DNA of 63,981 bases, counting the filler, from Lama guanicoe (lineage: Eukaryota), in NCBI GenBank assembly GCA_013239625.1. It is 103 parts of 103 records of this genome, joined end to end, with 100 filler letters (N's around TTAATTAATTAA, not from the genome) between each part and the next. Parts side by side here need not be neighbours in the genome. Positions count along the whole stretch, not along the records: positions 50,492 to 50,897 come from PNXV01027750.1; positions 50,998 to 51,499 come from PNXV01027751.1; positions 51,600 to 52,306 come from PNXV01027752.1; positions 52,407 to 53,035 come from PNXV01027753.1; positions 53,136 to 53,710 come from PNXV01027754.1; positions 53,811 to 54,605 come from PNXV01027755.1; positions 54,706 to 55,356 come from PNXV01027756.1; positions 55,457 to 55,786 come from PNXV01027757.1; 95 more parts are not named here. One strand, written 5' to 3'. Made by a program: the position numbers and the translations under genes. The notes under the pieces were generated by a model. The model was given only the letters and a program-made list of their open reading frames with translations. It did not search any database and was not told the origin of the DNA. Positions 50,392 to 61,972 of this stretch are shown here, piece by piece. Positions within the stretch are counted from its first letter, which is position 1; the number at the start of each line of letters is the position of its first letter.

Positions 50392-50997
50392 NNNNNNNNN
50401 NNNNNNNNNNNNNNNNNNNNNNNNNNNNNNNNNNNTTAATTAATTAANNNNNNNNNNNNNNNNNNNNNNNNNNNNNNNNNNNNNNNNNNNNAGAAGAAGG
50501 CAAGGAGGACATCAAAACCCTAAAGATGGGAGAGGAAAGCTGGAAATCATAGGGGATTTTAAGCACTATCTTAAGGGAGTCAGATTATATGACTCTCTGT
50601 TGGAAGCAAACGGAGAGATGCATGGCCTGACGTGTTTGCAAAACAAACGAGAAGCAGACCAAGAAAGAATCAAACAAACAAACAACACCAAAAGGGTAGG
50701 GTAACATGAATATTCAAAAGAAATTACTCAAGGTGATGTCAAGGATCATTCAGTACGCATCGACCCAGTATCGCGGCTTGAATGTACTCAGCACACATGT
50801 ATTCGGGAATCAGAGGCGTGCACTTATATTCATAAATATTGATTCATCTGAGCATATCGTGACCTAAACCAAATGCCGATTTGGAATCCAATGGATTNNN
50901 NNNNNNNNNNNNNNNNNNNNNNNNNNNNNNNNNNNNNNNNNTTAATTAATTAANNNNNNNNNNNNNNNNNNNNNNNNNNNNNNNNNNNNNNNNNNNN

Positions 50998-51499
50998 AGA
51001 GCTGCGTGGAGTTGTCTCACGAGCTCCCCCACGCACTGACAATGGTCCCGGGATCCTGAGCGAGCGGAGGTTCCACCAACGGTCGGCAGTGCGTAGGTTC
51101 TAACGGAAAGCCTACGCTCGTCTCCCCTGGGTTTTTTCCTAATTTCTCTGTGCCAGGGAATGCTACCGGGTTTTGCAGGAATTCCCAATGTCATAGGCTG
51201 CCTCCCCAAGGTCAGGGAAGGTGTTTCTCACAATTCCCCCTAACAGGGAACACCTGTGACTGAAGAGAGCTGCGTGGAGTTGTCTCACGAGCTCCCCCAC
51301 GCACTGACAATGGTTCCGGAATCCTGAGCGTGGGGAGGTTCCACCAACGGTCGGCAGCGCGTGGGTTCTAACGGAATGCCAACCCTCGGTTCCCCTGAGG
51401 ATTTTCATTATGTCTCAGTGCCAGGGAATGCTACCGGGTTTTGCAGGAATTCCCAATGTCATAGGCTGCCTCCCCAAGGTCAGGGAATGTATTTCTCGG
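50998..51499 (-). repeat. Satellite family A (reverse), ~1.9 monomers
   Basis: agagctgcgtggagttgtctc repeats at ~268-bp spacing. Confidence 0.96.
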
Positions 51500-51599
51500 N
51501 NNNNNNNNNNNNNNNNNNNNNNNNNNNNNNNNNNNNNNNNNNNTTAATTAATTAANNNNNNNNNNNNNNNNNNNNNNNNNNNNNNNNNNNNNNNNNNNN

Positions 51600-52306
51600 G
51601 CCGACCGTTGGTGGAACCTCCCCACGCTCAAGATTCCGGAACCATAGTGATTGAGTGGGGGATCTCTAGAGACAACTCCAGGCAGCTCTCTTCAGTCACA
51701 GGTGTTCCCTGCTCGGGGGAGTCCGAGAAATAGCTTTCCTGACCTTGGGGGGGCAGCCTCTGTCACTGGGATTTCCTTCAACCCCCCCTAGCATTCCCTG
51801 GCACAGAGACATGAGGAAAACCCTCAGGGGAGACGAGCACCGGCATTCCGTTAGAACCCAAGCGCTGCCGACCGTTGGTGGAACCTCCCCACGCTCAGGA
51901 TTCCGGAACCATTGTCATTGAGTATGGGAGCTCGAGAGTAAACTCCACGCAGCTCTCTTCAGTCACAGGTGTTCCCTGCTCGGGGGAGTCCGAGAAATAG
52001 CTTTCCTGACCTTGGGGGGGCAGCCTCTGTCACTGGGATTTCCTTCAACCCCCCCTAGCATTCCCTGGCACAGAGACATGAGGAAAACCCTCAGGGGAGA
52101 CGAGCACCGGCATTCCGTTAGAACCCAAGCGCTGCCGACCGTTGGTGGAACCTCCCCACGCTCAGGATTCCAGAACCATTGTCATTGAGTGGGGGATTTC
52201 GAGAGACAACTCGACGCAGCTCTCTTCAATCACAGGTGTTCCATGCTCGGGGAAGTGTGAGAAATACTTTCCCTGACCTTGGGGAGGCAGCCTCTGTCAC
52301 TGGGAT
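51600..52306 (+). repeat. Satellite family A, ~2.6 monomers
   Basis: gccgaccgttggtggaacctcccc occurs three times at ~268-bp spacing. Confidence 0.97.
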
Positions 52307-53244
52307 NNNNNNNNNNNNNNNNNNNNNNNNNNNNNNNNNNNNNNNNNNNNTTAATTAATTAANNNNNNNNNNNNNNNNNNNNNNNNNNNNNNNNNNNNNN
52401 NNNNNNCCTAGTGGAAATCCAAGCCAGACTTGTTTATTGTTTGTTTGTTGTTTATTTATCTATACCGTCACTCTGTATGGTAATATCCTTCAATGTTGTA
52501 ATATAATCATATGCTCAATATACATTCTTTGTGGGATTCAGTGCTTTCTCTCTTAATTAATCTCACTAAGATACAATGAGGCATTTATTATGGTTTATTT
52601 TGTGATTTTCACAGAGTCATCTGTATAAGGATTTCTATAGCAAGTATAGTGATTAATCTCAGAGTTCTCTCCCCTGCCATGCCTTATGTAGAAACCTCAC
52701 AATGTATTAGAAGGGTATACATTTTGCAGCTCAAATCTCAACTCTGGCTCATGACTGTGTGAATTTCTTGAGTTTTCTGTTTCTAGGGAATCATTGTCTA
52801 ATGGGGTGTTGTAGGGTTAAGCATGTCAATAGACACTGAAAAAAGTGCTAAATCTCTCCGCCTCTTCCTGCCCCAAGAATCAATTCCCGTTCTAAAATAG
52901 ATGGTCCATTATTACATTTTCTTATCATTTTCTATAGCTGTTGTTACCCACAACATTTTGAAATCTTCCGAAAGGTAAAAATGGTATTATAAAAGAGAAT
53001 ACTGGATGTAGAGTTAGAAAGATTAAAAAAAAAAANNNNNNNNNNNNNNNNNNNNNNNNNNNNNNNNNNNNNNNNNNNNTTAATTAATTAANNNNNNNNN
53101 NNNNNNNNNNNNNNNNNNNNNNNNNNNNNNNNNNNAAAAAAAAGAGAAATAAAATAAAGACAAACAAAACAAAACAAAACAAAACAAAAACCTTGCAAAA
53201 ATTTTGCTTCCTCTGTAATGCAACCTACTTAATATCTCCTCTAC

Positions 53245-53710
53245 CCATTAAGTCATTCAGTATGGGAGTCAAATCCTCCTGCCTCTCCATCATTCCTATA
53301 ATGCCAAACCTACATTGTACTTCCCTAATTCTGCACGTTTTCCTTCTCTATCTTCTTCTGTACTCTGAGCATGGTACAGCCATCATGATTAATCTGGATT
53401 ATTGAACTAGTTTTATCTCTTCTTCTTCCTCCCTTCACTGCATCTTTCATACTGTTACAGAGTAGTCCTTTTTAAAATATGAAACTTTATGCCATTCCTT
53501 TCTTTAAAGTATTGAATAGCTGCATATTGCATGAGCCATGAAATCTAAATTTCTTATCATTTTATATAAGGCAATCTTTAATCTGCTTCTTGGCTGCTAT
53601 CAATCTTCAGTCCTAGCTATTTCCCTACAAATATACAATTCTCACTCTTATTATTCTGATATATTCACAGTTCCCCAAATGTATCATACTCATATCTTAT
53701 CTGTTTTACT
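53245..53710 (+). mobile_element. L2 fragment
   Basis: gccatcatgattaatctggattattg...cagagtagtcctttttaaaat...aaatctaaatttctta...aaggc..ctttaatctg resembles the L2 sense consensus. Confidence 0.65.
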
Positions 53711-54109
53711 NNNNNNNNNNNNNNNNNNNNNNNNNNNNNNNNNNNNNNNNNNNNTTAATTAATTAANNNNNNNNNNNNNNNNNNNNNNNNNNNNNNNNNN
53801 NNNNNNNNNNCTATGATGGTAGTTGAGAGGGACGTGCAGTAGGAATCTGGCAATTCCCTCAGATTTACTTTAGCCACTTGGGACAGCTTCCTTGATCATT
53901 AATTATTTCCAGATGCAAAGAGAATCCATGTGGTTAAATTGTATTTCATTTTATTTCTCCTTAGGTGATGATGGGGAATCAAATCCCCAAAAGCATCCTG
54001 GGAGATAAAAGCATAAAGGAATTGTTTGAATAAAACAGAAAATTTGAAACATCTGAAGAATCACATCAAACATACTTAATTTTTTTTTTTACGGGAAAAC
54101 TTCACATAG

Positions 54110-54292
54110 GGAGGCAATGTAACTTAGGGATTAAAGGTGCACACTGAGTCACTGAGTAGCAGACCTTGAGCAAACTATTTGACCTCGCTGAACCCCAGTT
54201 TCCTTGTCAGTAACATGGGGATAAAAATGTAACGTGCATTTTAGGATTATTGCAAGGATCAGTGTAAATACATAACAAATGCTTAGCCAGTA
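54110..54292 (+). mobile_element. MIR SINE
   Basis: gaccttgagcaaactatttgacctcgctgaaccccagtttcctt...aacatggggataa...ggattattgcaaggat. Confidence 0.82.
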
Positions 54293-54705
54293 TACCTACA
54301 GGCTGTGTGTAACGTAACTCTCCTTGTGATGTGTGACTCTCAGAAGAGATCTTCAGGCTACTCTGAGATTGTAGAATTCCTGCATAATTTTTGAATCCCT
54401 GTAACTACAGTTAGGTCGCTCAGTGGGGCAGAAACAGATGTGAACCTTTTCGGGTTAAATGAAAACCTGCCATTTCCTCAGCCAAGAACATCGCTCATTG
54501 CTGCTTTGCTTTTGTTAGTGCCTACCTTAGGCAAATCATTTCATGTAATAATTATAAGACTTTCCCTAAGACTTGGATTCCTGGGATAAAGCTAACCTGG
54601 GTAGGNNNNNNNNNNNNNNNNNNNNNNNNNNNNNNNNNNNNNNNNNNNNTTAATTAATTAANNNNNNNNNNNNNNNNNNNNNNNNNNNNNNNNNNNNNNN
54701 NNNNN

Positions 54706-54997
54706 CAGTTTATTGGTCTAACAAGCTAACACATAAATCCAAGCTCAACAAGTGCCAGTAATGTGATTTATTATAAGTTGATAAGCTCCAGTGTACTGAT
54801 TCCTTGCTTTTTGTTCTTTGAGCCTTATTGGCTAATACCCCCTTACTTGTAATTAAGCCTTTAAAACCTCATGTGCACGTCTTGCAGGTGCTCAGAACTT
54901 CGGAATCGAAGCCCGTCTGAGCCCGCCAACATAATACATCTGAGTACTGCAACAATCCGAGTGGTGCTTGTTTCTTGGCTGGTCTGTTTCTGTAACA
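54706..54997 (+). mobile_element. Probable ERV LTR 3' part
   Basis: TATA-like tttaaaacc, degraded polyA signal (taataca) and canonical LTR terminus ...tttctgtaaca. Confidence 0.5.
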
Positions 54998-55034
54998 CTC
55001 AGCTCCAGTGCCCAGCTTTCTAGGTAGATAGGAG

Positions 55035-55356
55035 TGTTACCAAGTCCAAATTCATTCTCCTCAGTGCAGGACAGGCCAATAAGTTGGGAGACCAGGTGTT
55101 GGGGCATGGAATAGCAAGTTTCTGTAGACCTAGATGGCAAACTAATGTCCTGGAAAACCATCTCCCCAAGTCCCAATTCAGGCTCCTTTCCTACATGCTT
55201 GGTTGTTACAAACTTCTTGGTGTAGGAATTCCTTTTTTTAGATTCTTTTGTTCTTGCAGCTATCTGCCTGGGTCAGATTCCTGTAAATCTCCAACAAAAC
55301 AAACGTAATTTTCTATTCTGCAATTTGTTATCTTTTAATGAATGAAAAAGTGTTAA
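55035..55356 (-). mobile_element. Probable ERV1-class LTR 3' part
   Basis: Reverse complement ends ...cttattggcctgtcctgc...gaatttggacttggtaaca, a typical LTR terminus. Confidence 0.6.
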
Positions 55357-55886
55357 NNNNNNNNNNNNNNNNNNNNNNNNNNNNNNNNNNNNNNNNNNNN
55401 TTAATTAATTAANNNNNNNNNNNNNNNNNNNNNNNNNNNNNNNNNNNNNNNNNNNNTGCTCAGAGCAGTAGGTCCAGCCTGGGAAGTCTGGGTCTGTGTC
55501 CCTGGCAGGATCCCATCTGGCCTGGCATGCTGGGCATGGGTGTCTGGAGACTGTTGTCTCTGCCAGCACAGCTCCTGTCATCCTCCTTCAGGAGGGTCCC
55601 AACAGTTTGGGGCTCCTGTAGCTCTTTCTTTGTCCTTTGTGCAGCCTGGAGGCACTAGAAAATGGTCTTGACTTGGTGCACAATCTCCTCATCTGTAAAA
55701 TGGGAACAACTGCAGTGTTGCAGGGCTTGGCTTAGGGTGTAGGGTGGGGGCAGGAGATATTTAAACAACTTCCACCATGGCCTTCTNNNNNNNNNNNNNN
55801 NNNNNNNNNNNNNNNNNNNNNNNNNNNNNNTTAATTAATTAANNNNNNNNNNNNNNNNNNNNNNNNNNNNNNNNNNNNNNNNNNNN

Positions 55887-56250
55887 TTCTGCTCTCAGTT
55901 GGGGATTCTGGGTTTCTCCAGTGGGTACAGTGAGGAGTGCTGAAGGACGAGAAATGAACATCCCCTGTTCCCACTTCACCACTGGAGGAAATCAGTACAA
56001 CTTCTGGTACTGACTGCTGTGTAACCAGGGCCACAGTAACGGATTTGAATTTTTAAAGAACAAAGTGACCAATACAGTGGCTTCACTACCCCTCCCTGTG
56101 GAAAGGAAGCCCAGTGCCTGACTCCGCCCCAGGTCACCCTGGAGGACACCACTGTGCATTGCAACACACCCCCAGCAGGGCAGGCCTGGCCACGCCAGGG
56201 TCCCTGGGAGAGAAGGGGGTATAATCTCCAGTTAGAGAGGACATTACACA
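55887..56250. repeat. Unclassified multicopy sequence, copy 2 (paralog of 19782-20143)
   Basis: About 95% identity over ~362 bp by manual comparison. Confidence 0.9.
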
Positions 56251-56417
56251 CAACATGTGAGGTTAATAAAAGGAGGTAGAAAATGAAATAAGAAGGAAAA
56301 GGAAACTACTAAGGAAANNNNNNNNNNNNNNNNNNNNNNNNNNNNNNNNNNNNNNNNNNNNTTAATTAATTAANNNNNNNNNNNNNNNNNNNNNNNNNNN
56401 NNNNNNNNNNNNNNNNN

Positions 56418-56904
56418 GACTTCACATTAAAACACACATTCTCCAGGAGAACACCCCCCCTTTTTTTTTAAAAAAAATCTGTTTTACCTGTTTTATTTTC
56501 TATTACCCTTTCAATTTTTACTTCTTAAACAATTATATATACCCTAATTTTAATCCCTTTAAACTTTAAAAAAAATATTTTTATTATTATTATTTTTAAA
56601 AATTCTGCTTCAACTTGTTCTTCTATTATTCATTATACACTGTTTTAAAACCTTTTTTCCTCCCTTCTTTTAAAATTCTCTCTCTCTCTTTTTTCTTTTC
56701 TAAGTTTTATTCCTACATAGGCATTAGATAGATAAACACCTTAAGGACCATAATAGATAACTGATACTCCATAAACCACAGTGCCAGAGAGGTTTGAGCA
56801 AGATGAAGCAGAGAAACCATTCTCAATTAAAAGAACAAGAGAAATCTGAAAGAACGATCAATGAAGTAGACATTGCCAGGCTACTAGACCAAGATTTCAA
56901 AAAA
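56418..56904 (+). mobile_element. L1 5' UTR end and ORF1 start
   Basis: T-rich 5' UTR tract, then ATG at 56803 giving MKQRNHSQLKEQEKSERTINEVDIARLLDQDFKK, resembling the laurasiatherian L1 ORF1 N-terminus (M..QRN..Q.KEQ.K.P...NE.EI..L.D.EFK). Confidence 0.85.
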
Positions 56905-57004
56905 NNNNNNNNNNNNNNNNNNNNNNNNNNNNNNNNNNNNNNNNNNNNTTAATTAATTAANNNNNNNNNNNNNNNNNNNNNNNNNNNNNNNNNNNNNNNN
57001 NNNN

Positions 57005-57360
57005 CAGAAGAGAGAATTTAGAATATAGAATACAGAATAAAGAATATAGAATGCAGAAATCAGAATGTACAACACATAATATAGAATAAAGAATACAGAA
57101 TGCAGAAACCAGAATTTAGAACATGGGATACAGAACACATAATGCAGAATATAGTATACAGAATACAGAATATGGAATGTAGAATACAGAATGTAGAACA
57201 CAGAATATAGGATATTTCAGAATATAGAATGTAGAATACAGAATGTAGAACACAGAATATAGGATATTTCATAATATAGAATGTAGAATATAGTATGTAG
57301 AACACGGAATATAGAATACAGTATACAGAATGCAGAAAGGTGAATTTAGAAATGGAATGC
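57005..57360 (+). repeat. Satellite family C with a 52-bp internal duplication
   Basis: agaatgtagaacacagaatataggatatttca at ~57188 and ~57240. Confidence 0.95.
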
Positions 57361-58737
57361 NNNNNNNNNNNNNNNNNNNNNNNNNNNNNNNNNNNNNNNN
57401 NNNNTTAATTAATTAANNNNNNNNNNNNNNNNNNNNNNNNNNNNNNNNNNNNNNNNNNNNGTACAACTGAAAAACATTGGAATAGAATGAAGAACTTTGG
57501 TTTCCTTAGGAGATTGCTTTAATCAGCTATAAATATTCCTCTTGAAAGAAAGCTGTTTTATATTCAATTACCACCAACTCAAAAAAACTTTTGATGGCCA
57601 AAGTTATTAGAATTGGAAGCTACTCAGAGCAGTATTACTGCAACTTGGTTTTGCATAAGACTCTTTAAGATATGAATTTCCAAGAACTCCTTAGATTTCT
57701 TGCATCAAAAACTCCAAGTATGGGTCTGTTTTTAAAAAGTTCTCTAGATATTACTGAGAGCCAGATTTGGAAATAATTGTTTTTGAAATAAACTTAGTCC
57801 AACTTCTTACATCAACTAGAAACCGTCCTAGAGCATTCTGAATGGATGGCCACCTTTACTGGGCATGAATGATGCTGCAGACCAGGTATAGAGGGTGATG
57901 GCAACCATATCCAGGTTTGGAACTGATTTTTCCTCTTACCAGTTATCTCTTGTTGTCTAGCTTTTTCATNNNNNNNNNNNNNNNNNNNNNNNNNNNNNNN
58001 NNNNNNNNNNNNNTTAATTAATTAANNNNNNNNNNNNNNNNNNNNNNNNNNNNNNNNNNNNNNNNNNNNTTAATATATGAAATAATCATGCTTCCAATTT
58101 AGTTTCTTTTTCCTTTTTTAAAATAAAACCCTACTATATACTCTCCATTTCTATATTTGTTTCTTACTATCAAGAAATTCGTTGGTCTTGGATTGCTCTC
58201 CTTCTCATATCTTTAAGAGCAAGGTGAATATATTCCAAACCTTCTCCTCTATAGATTCCTCTCCCAACTCTGCATCCTCACAGTGAACCTCTTACACTGA
58301 TCATAAGATGCATACTCTCACATGTTTTATCATGTTCCTGCCTTATTTATGTATCCATTTGGTAGACTGTGAGAATGTACTATGGTGTTTGTAATTCCTG
58401 TATTTCCTGTGAAATTCCATTACCTTTATATAAAAAATTATATTGAGGAAAATGTGTGAGAAATCTCAGTGTTAATGCATTTTAGCTTTTATTTCATCCT
58501 CAAGGTAGTTGGAAAATCTATGATCAATGAGACCAGGAATGCCACTTCATGAGATAATCAACGATATCACACACCAGGATTCTCTGCTTTGACCTTTTCT
58601 CTTTAACTGTTTACAAATTTACTTCTCAACATCCAGATCTTAACTGCCAGGGAAATCCTTACAGTTCTGTTTAAATCCTTGCAGTTTCTGTTTAATGTGA
58701 TTTAATCACTCTGGAGTGAGTAATCAAAGTGAGAGTA

Positions 58738-58845
58738 ATGCCATGGACTAATGACGGCACCTTCTCTGGGTTCATTCTGGTAGGTTTCTCTGACCAACCT
58801 CAGTTGGAGCTGGTTCTCTTTGGGGTAATCATGTCCCTTTACCTC
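58738..58845 (+). CDS. Olfactory receptor, family 2-like, N-terminus and start of TM1 (truncated by contig end)
   Basis: MPWTNDGTFSGFILVGFSDQPQLELVLFGVIMSLYL contains the OR2 signature F(I/L)L(L/V)GFSDxPxLE..LF......Y. Upstream acceptor-like ccttgcag. Confidence 0.9.
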
Positions 58846-58945
58846 NNNNNNNNNNNNNNNNNNNNNNNNNNNNNNNNNNNNNNNNNNNNTTAATTAATTA
58901 ANNNNNNNNNNNNNNNNNNNNNNNNNNNNNNNNNNNNNNNNNNNN

Positions 58946-59785
58946 CAGTTGCGTATGAAGTAGCTTTAATTAAATATTATTTTGGAAATTAGACCGAATC
59001 TTGAGGATTATTGTAATAATCCTCCACCACCTCCTCCTCCTCCTCCGCCTCCTCCTCCTTCTCCGCCTCCTCCGCCACCTCCTCCTCCTCCTCCACCTTC
59101 TCCTCCTCCACCTCCTCCTCCTCCTACTCCACCTCCTCCTCCACATTCTCCTCCACATCCTCCTCCTCCTCCACATCCTCCTTCTCCTCCTCCACATCCA
59201 CATCCTCCACATCCTCCTCCTCCTCCACCACATTCTCCTCCTCCACATCCTCCTCCTCCACATCCCCCTCCTCCTCCACCTCCTCCTCCTACACCACCTC
59301 CTACTCCTCCACCTCCACCTCCTCCTACTCCTCCACATTCCTTTCTAGGTAGGGAAAGGTAGTACTGCTCTTCTTGGTCCTAGAAACCAGGAAAGCACTG
59401 AGCGTACTTTGAGATTCCATCGAAAGACTGCTTCTGGCTCTTTTCATTAGAGGCTAAATGCTGCACCAGTGGTAAATCTACTTCCAGATTGAGTTATCCA
59501 GTTAATTCTCCATAATTCAACTCTTGAATTCATTGCAGGCTATCTGGAGGACTGGCAGCAATTACTTTCTTTCTTAACAGTAGTGTATGAAGTAACTTTA
59601 ATTAAATATTATTTTGGAAATTAGACAGAATCTTGAGGATTATTGTAATAATCCTCCACCTCCTCCTCCTCCTCCTCCTCCTCCACCTTCACCTCGTCCT
59701 CCACCTCCACCTCCTCCTCCACGTCCTCCTCCTCTGCCACCTCCTCCTCCTCCTCCTCCTCCTCCACCTCCTCCTCCTCCACCTC
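58946..59785. repeat. ~632-bp tandem unit containing a degenerate (CCT/CCA)n tract (1.3 units seen)
   Basis: The ~75-bp flank cagt.g.gtatgaagta.ctttaattaaatattattttggaaattagac.gaatcttgaggattattgtaataat occurs at 58946 and 59578, each followed by a CCT-rich tract (59021-59338; 59653-59785). Confidence 0.92.
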
Positions 59786-60164
59786 NNNNNNNNNNNNNNN
59801 NNNNNNNNNNNNNNNNNNNNNNNNNNNNNTTAATTAATTAANNNNNNNNNNNNNNNNNNNNNNNNNNNNNNNNNNNNNNNNNNNNCCAGGGCAGTATGTG
59901 AGCGGGACATGCCAAAACTGGCTGCTCTGACACGTCTTTTTCTTTTTTCTGTGGCATTTGTCCGGATGGTGACTGTCACACCCACTCAGACAGAGACTCT
60001 TGGTTTCGCCGCATTGATACATTGGATCCGGTTGTAATGAAGTCTTCTTGGCCGGTGCCTCATTCTGCTGCCTTAGGGTCATTTACATTTACTTTTTCTT
60101 CTGTGCAAGTTATATGAGAGGAAACTATATACCACTTAATCCTAAATGGATAATCATGGAAGGT

Positions 60165-60352
60165 TTTTTTGTTTGTTTGTTTTAATTTTTTGTTTCTGTT
60201 TTTTGGGAGGTATTTGAGAAATAAACCTAAATTATTGGGTTTATTGATTCATTTATTATTATTATTATTTTAAATGGAGCTACTGGGGATTGAACCCAGG
60301 CAGGACCTCATGCATGCTAACACTACACTCTACCACTGAGCTATGACCCTCC
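60165..60352 (-). mobile_element. tRNA-derived SINE of the camelid vic-1 type
   Basis: Reverse complement ggagggtcatagctcagtggtagag...ttagcatgcatgaggtcctg..gggttcaatccccagta.ctcca plus A-rich tail. Same family as 39274-39399. Confidence 0.88.
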
Positions 60353-61160
60353 TGCCTTATGTTAGGTTAAGGTGTAAGTACAAACACATTAACACATGTA
60401 ACTCCACTGAAATTTAAAGTGACAGAAGTTATATAGATACTACATAAGGTAATTCAAAGGAGCCATGAGGTAGAATTCTGAATAAGAATGAAGANNNNNN
60501 NNNNNNNNNNNNNNNNNNNNNNNNNNNNNNNNNNNNNNTTAATTAATTAANNNNNNNNNNNNNNNNNNNNNNNNNNNNNNNNNNNNNNNNNNNNGATGCC
60601 TTCTGCCCAAGAGGAAAAAGCTTTCCGAGGGAAGCCAAAGGGCATCCTGTTCTGATTAGCAGCCTCCATCTGCACTCGGATGCCTGCTCTCACCCGACAC
60701 AGAAGGCTGAGCAGGGATCTGGATCAGAACTGTTTGAAATGCGACTGCAGAGAGACCAGACTGCATCACCATTATCTTCCTGCCAGTCATCCTCAGGGAA
60801 AATGCACTGAAGGTTTGGGAAGAAGCCTCAGGTGGAGAAGGCGCAGCTCCGGGGCTGCCTCGGAGGTGGCCAGCTTTCTGTGCTGCCGACGGCAGTGTGG
60901 CCGCCACACTTGGTGCAGGGAGTTGTGACCGCCATATGCATTTCATTTCTGCACGTTGATTGGACCTGTTCCTGTTTGTTCTCCACGATTGCTGTCTGAA
61001 TGGAAAGTTAGCAGAACCATATGCATTCACTTCACATTGTCCAGGATGGAAAACCCTGGTNNNNNNNNNNNNNNNNNNNNNNNNNNNNNNNNNNNNNNNN
61101 NNNNTTAATTAATTAANNNNNNNNNNNNNNNNNNNNNNNNNNNNNNNNNNNNNNNNNNNN

Positions 61161-61677
61161 GGTTCCGGAATCCTGAGCATGGGGAGGTTCCACAAACGGT
61201 CGGCAGCGCTTGTGTTCTAACGGAATGCATAACCTCGTCTCCCCTGAGGGTTTTCCTAATGCCTCTGTGCCAGGGAATGCATGGGGAGTTTGCAGGAACT
61301 CCCAGTGACACAGGCTGCCTCCCCAAGGTCAGGGAAGGAATTTCTCGGACTTCCCCAAATGGGGAAAACCTGTGACTGAAGAGAGCTGCGTGGAGTTGTC
61401 TCTCGAGCTCCCCCACGCACTGACAATGGTTCCGGAATCCTGAGCATGGGGAGGTTCCACAAACGGTCGGCAGCGCTTGTGTTCTAACGGAATGCATAAC
61501 CTCGTCTCCCCTGAGGGTTTTCCTCATGTCTCTCTGCCAGGGAATGCTAGGGGGTTTTGTAGGAAGTCCCAGGGCCAGAGGCTGCCTACCCAAGGTCAGG
61601 GAAGGCATTTCTCGGACTTCCCCAAATGGGGAAAACCTGTGACTGAAGAGAGCTGCGTGGAGTTGTCTCTCGAGCTC
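61161..61677 (-). repeat. Satellite family A (reverse), ~1.9 monomers
   Basis: ggttccggaatcctgagcatggggagg repeats at ~267-bp spacing. Confidence 0.96.
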
Positions 61678-61972
61678 NNNNNNNNNNNNNNNNNNNNNNN
61701 NNNNNNNNNNNNNNNNNNNNNTTAATTAATTAANNNNNNNNNNNNNNNNNNNNNNNNNNNNNNNNNNNNNNNNNNNNGAGAACAGAGTAATATATTTGTT
61801 CTGAATTGTAGAATGAACAAGTGTAACATCAAGTCATGCAAGTTACGGTAAAATTTTAATTCTTATTTAGTCCCATGCAGGGAGTACTGTGACTGACACT
61901 CAGTAATGCTTCCTGGGAGTCACCTATGCATTGCTAGTGACTTGCTGATAATGATTTTCTCATTTTATGCAG

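Noticed and set aside
6279..57305. Many hydrophobic F/Y/I/L/S-rich ORFs (e.g. 6279-6716, 11531-12076, 23916-24239) resembling membrane proteins
   Set aside because: They are translations of the stop-poor ATATTCT strand of satellite C.
58970..59348. Arg-rich (protamine-like) and Leu/His-rich ORFs
   Set aside because: Alternative frames of the (CCT)n tract.
20989..61725. Recurring ORF family (HSVRTHALPTVGGTSPRSGFRN...) that looks like a multicopy gene
   Set aside because: These are translations of satellite A monomers. Frames are not conserved between copies and there are no splice or start signals.
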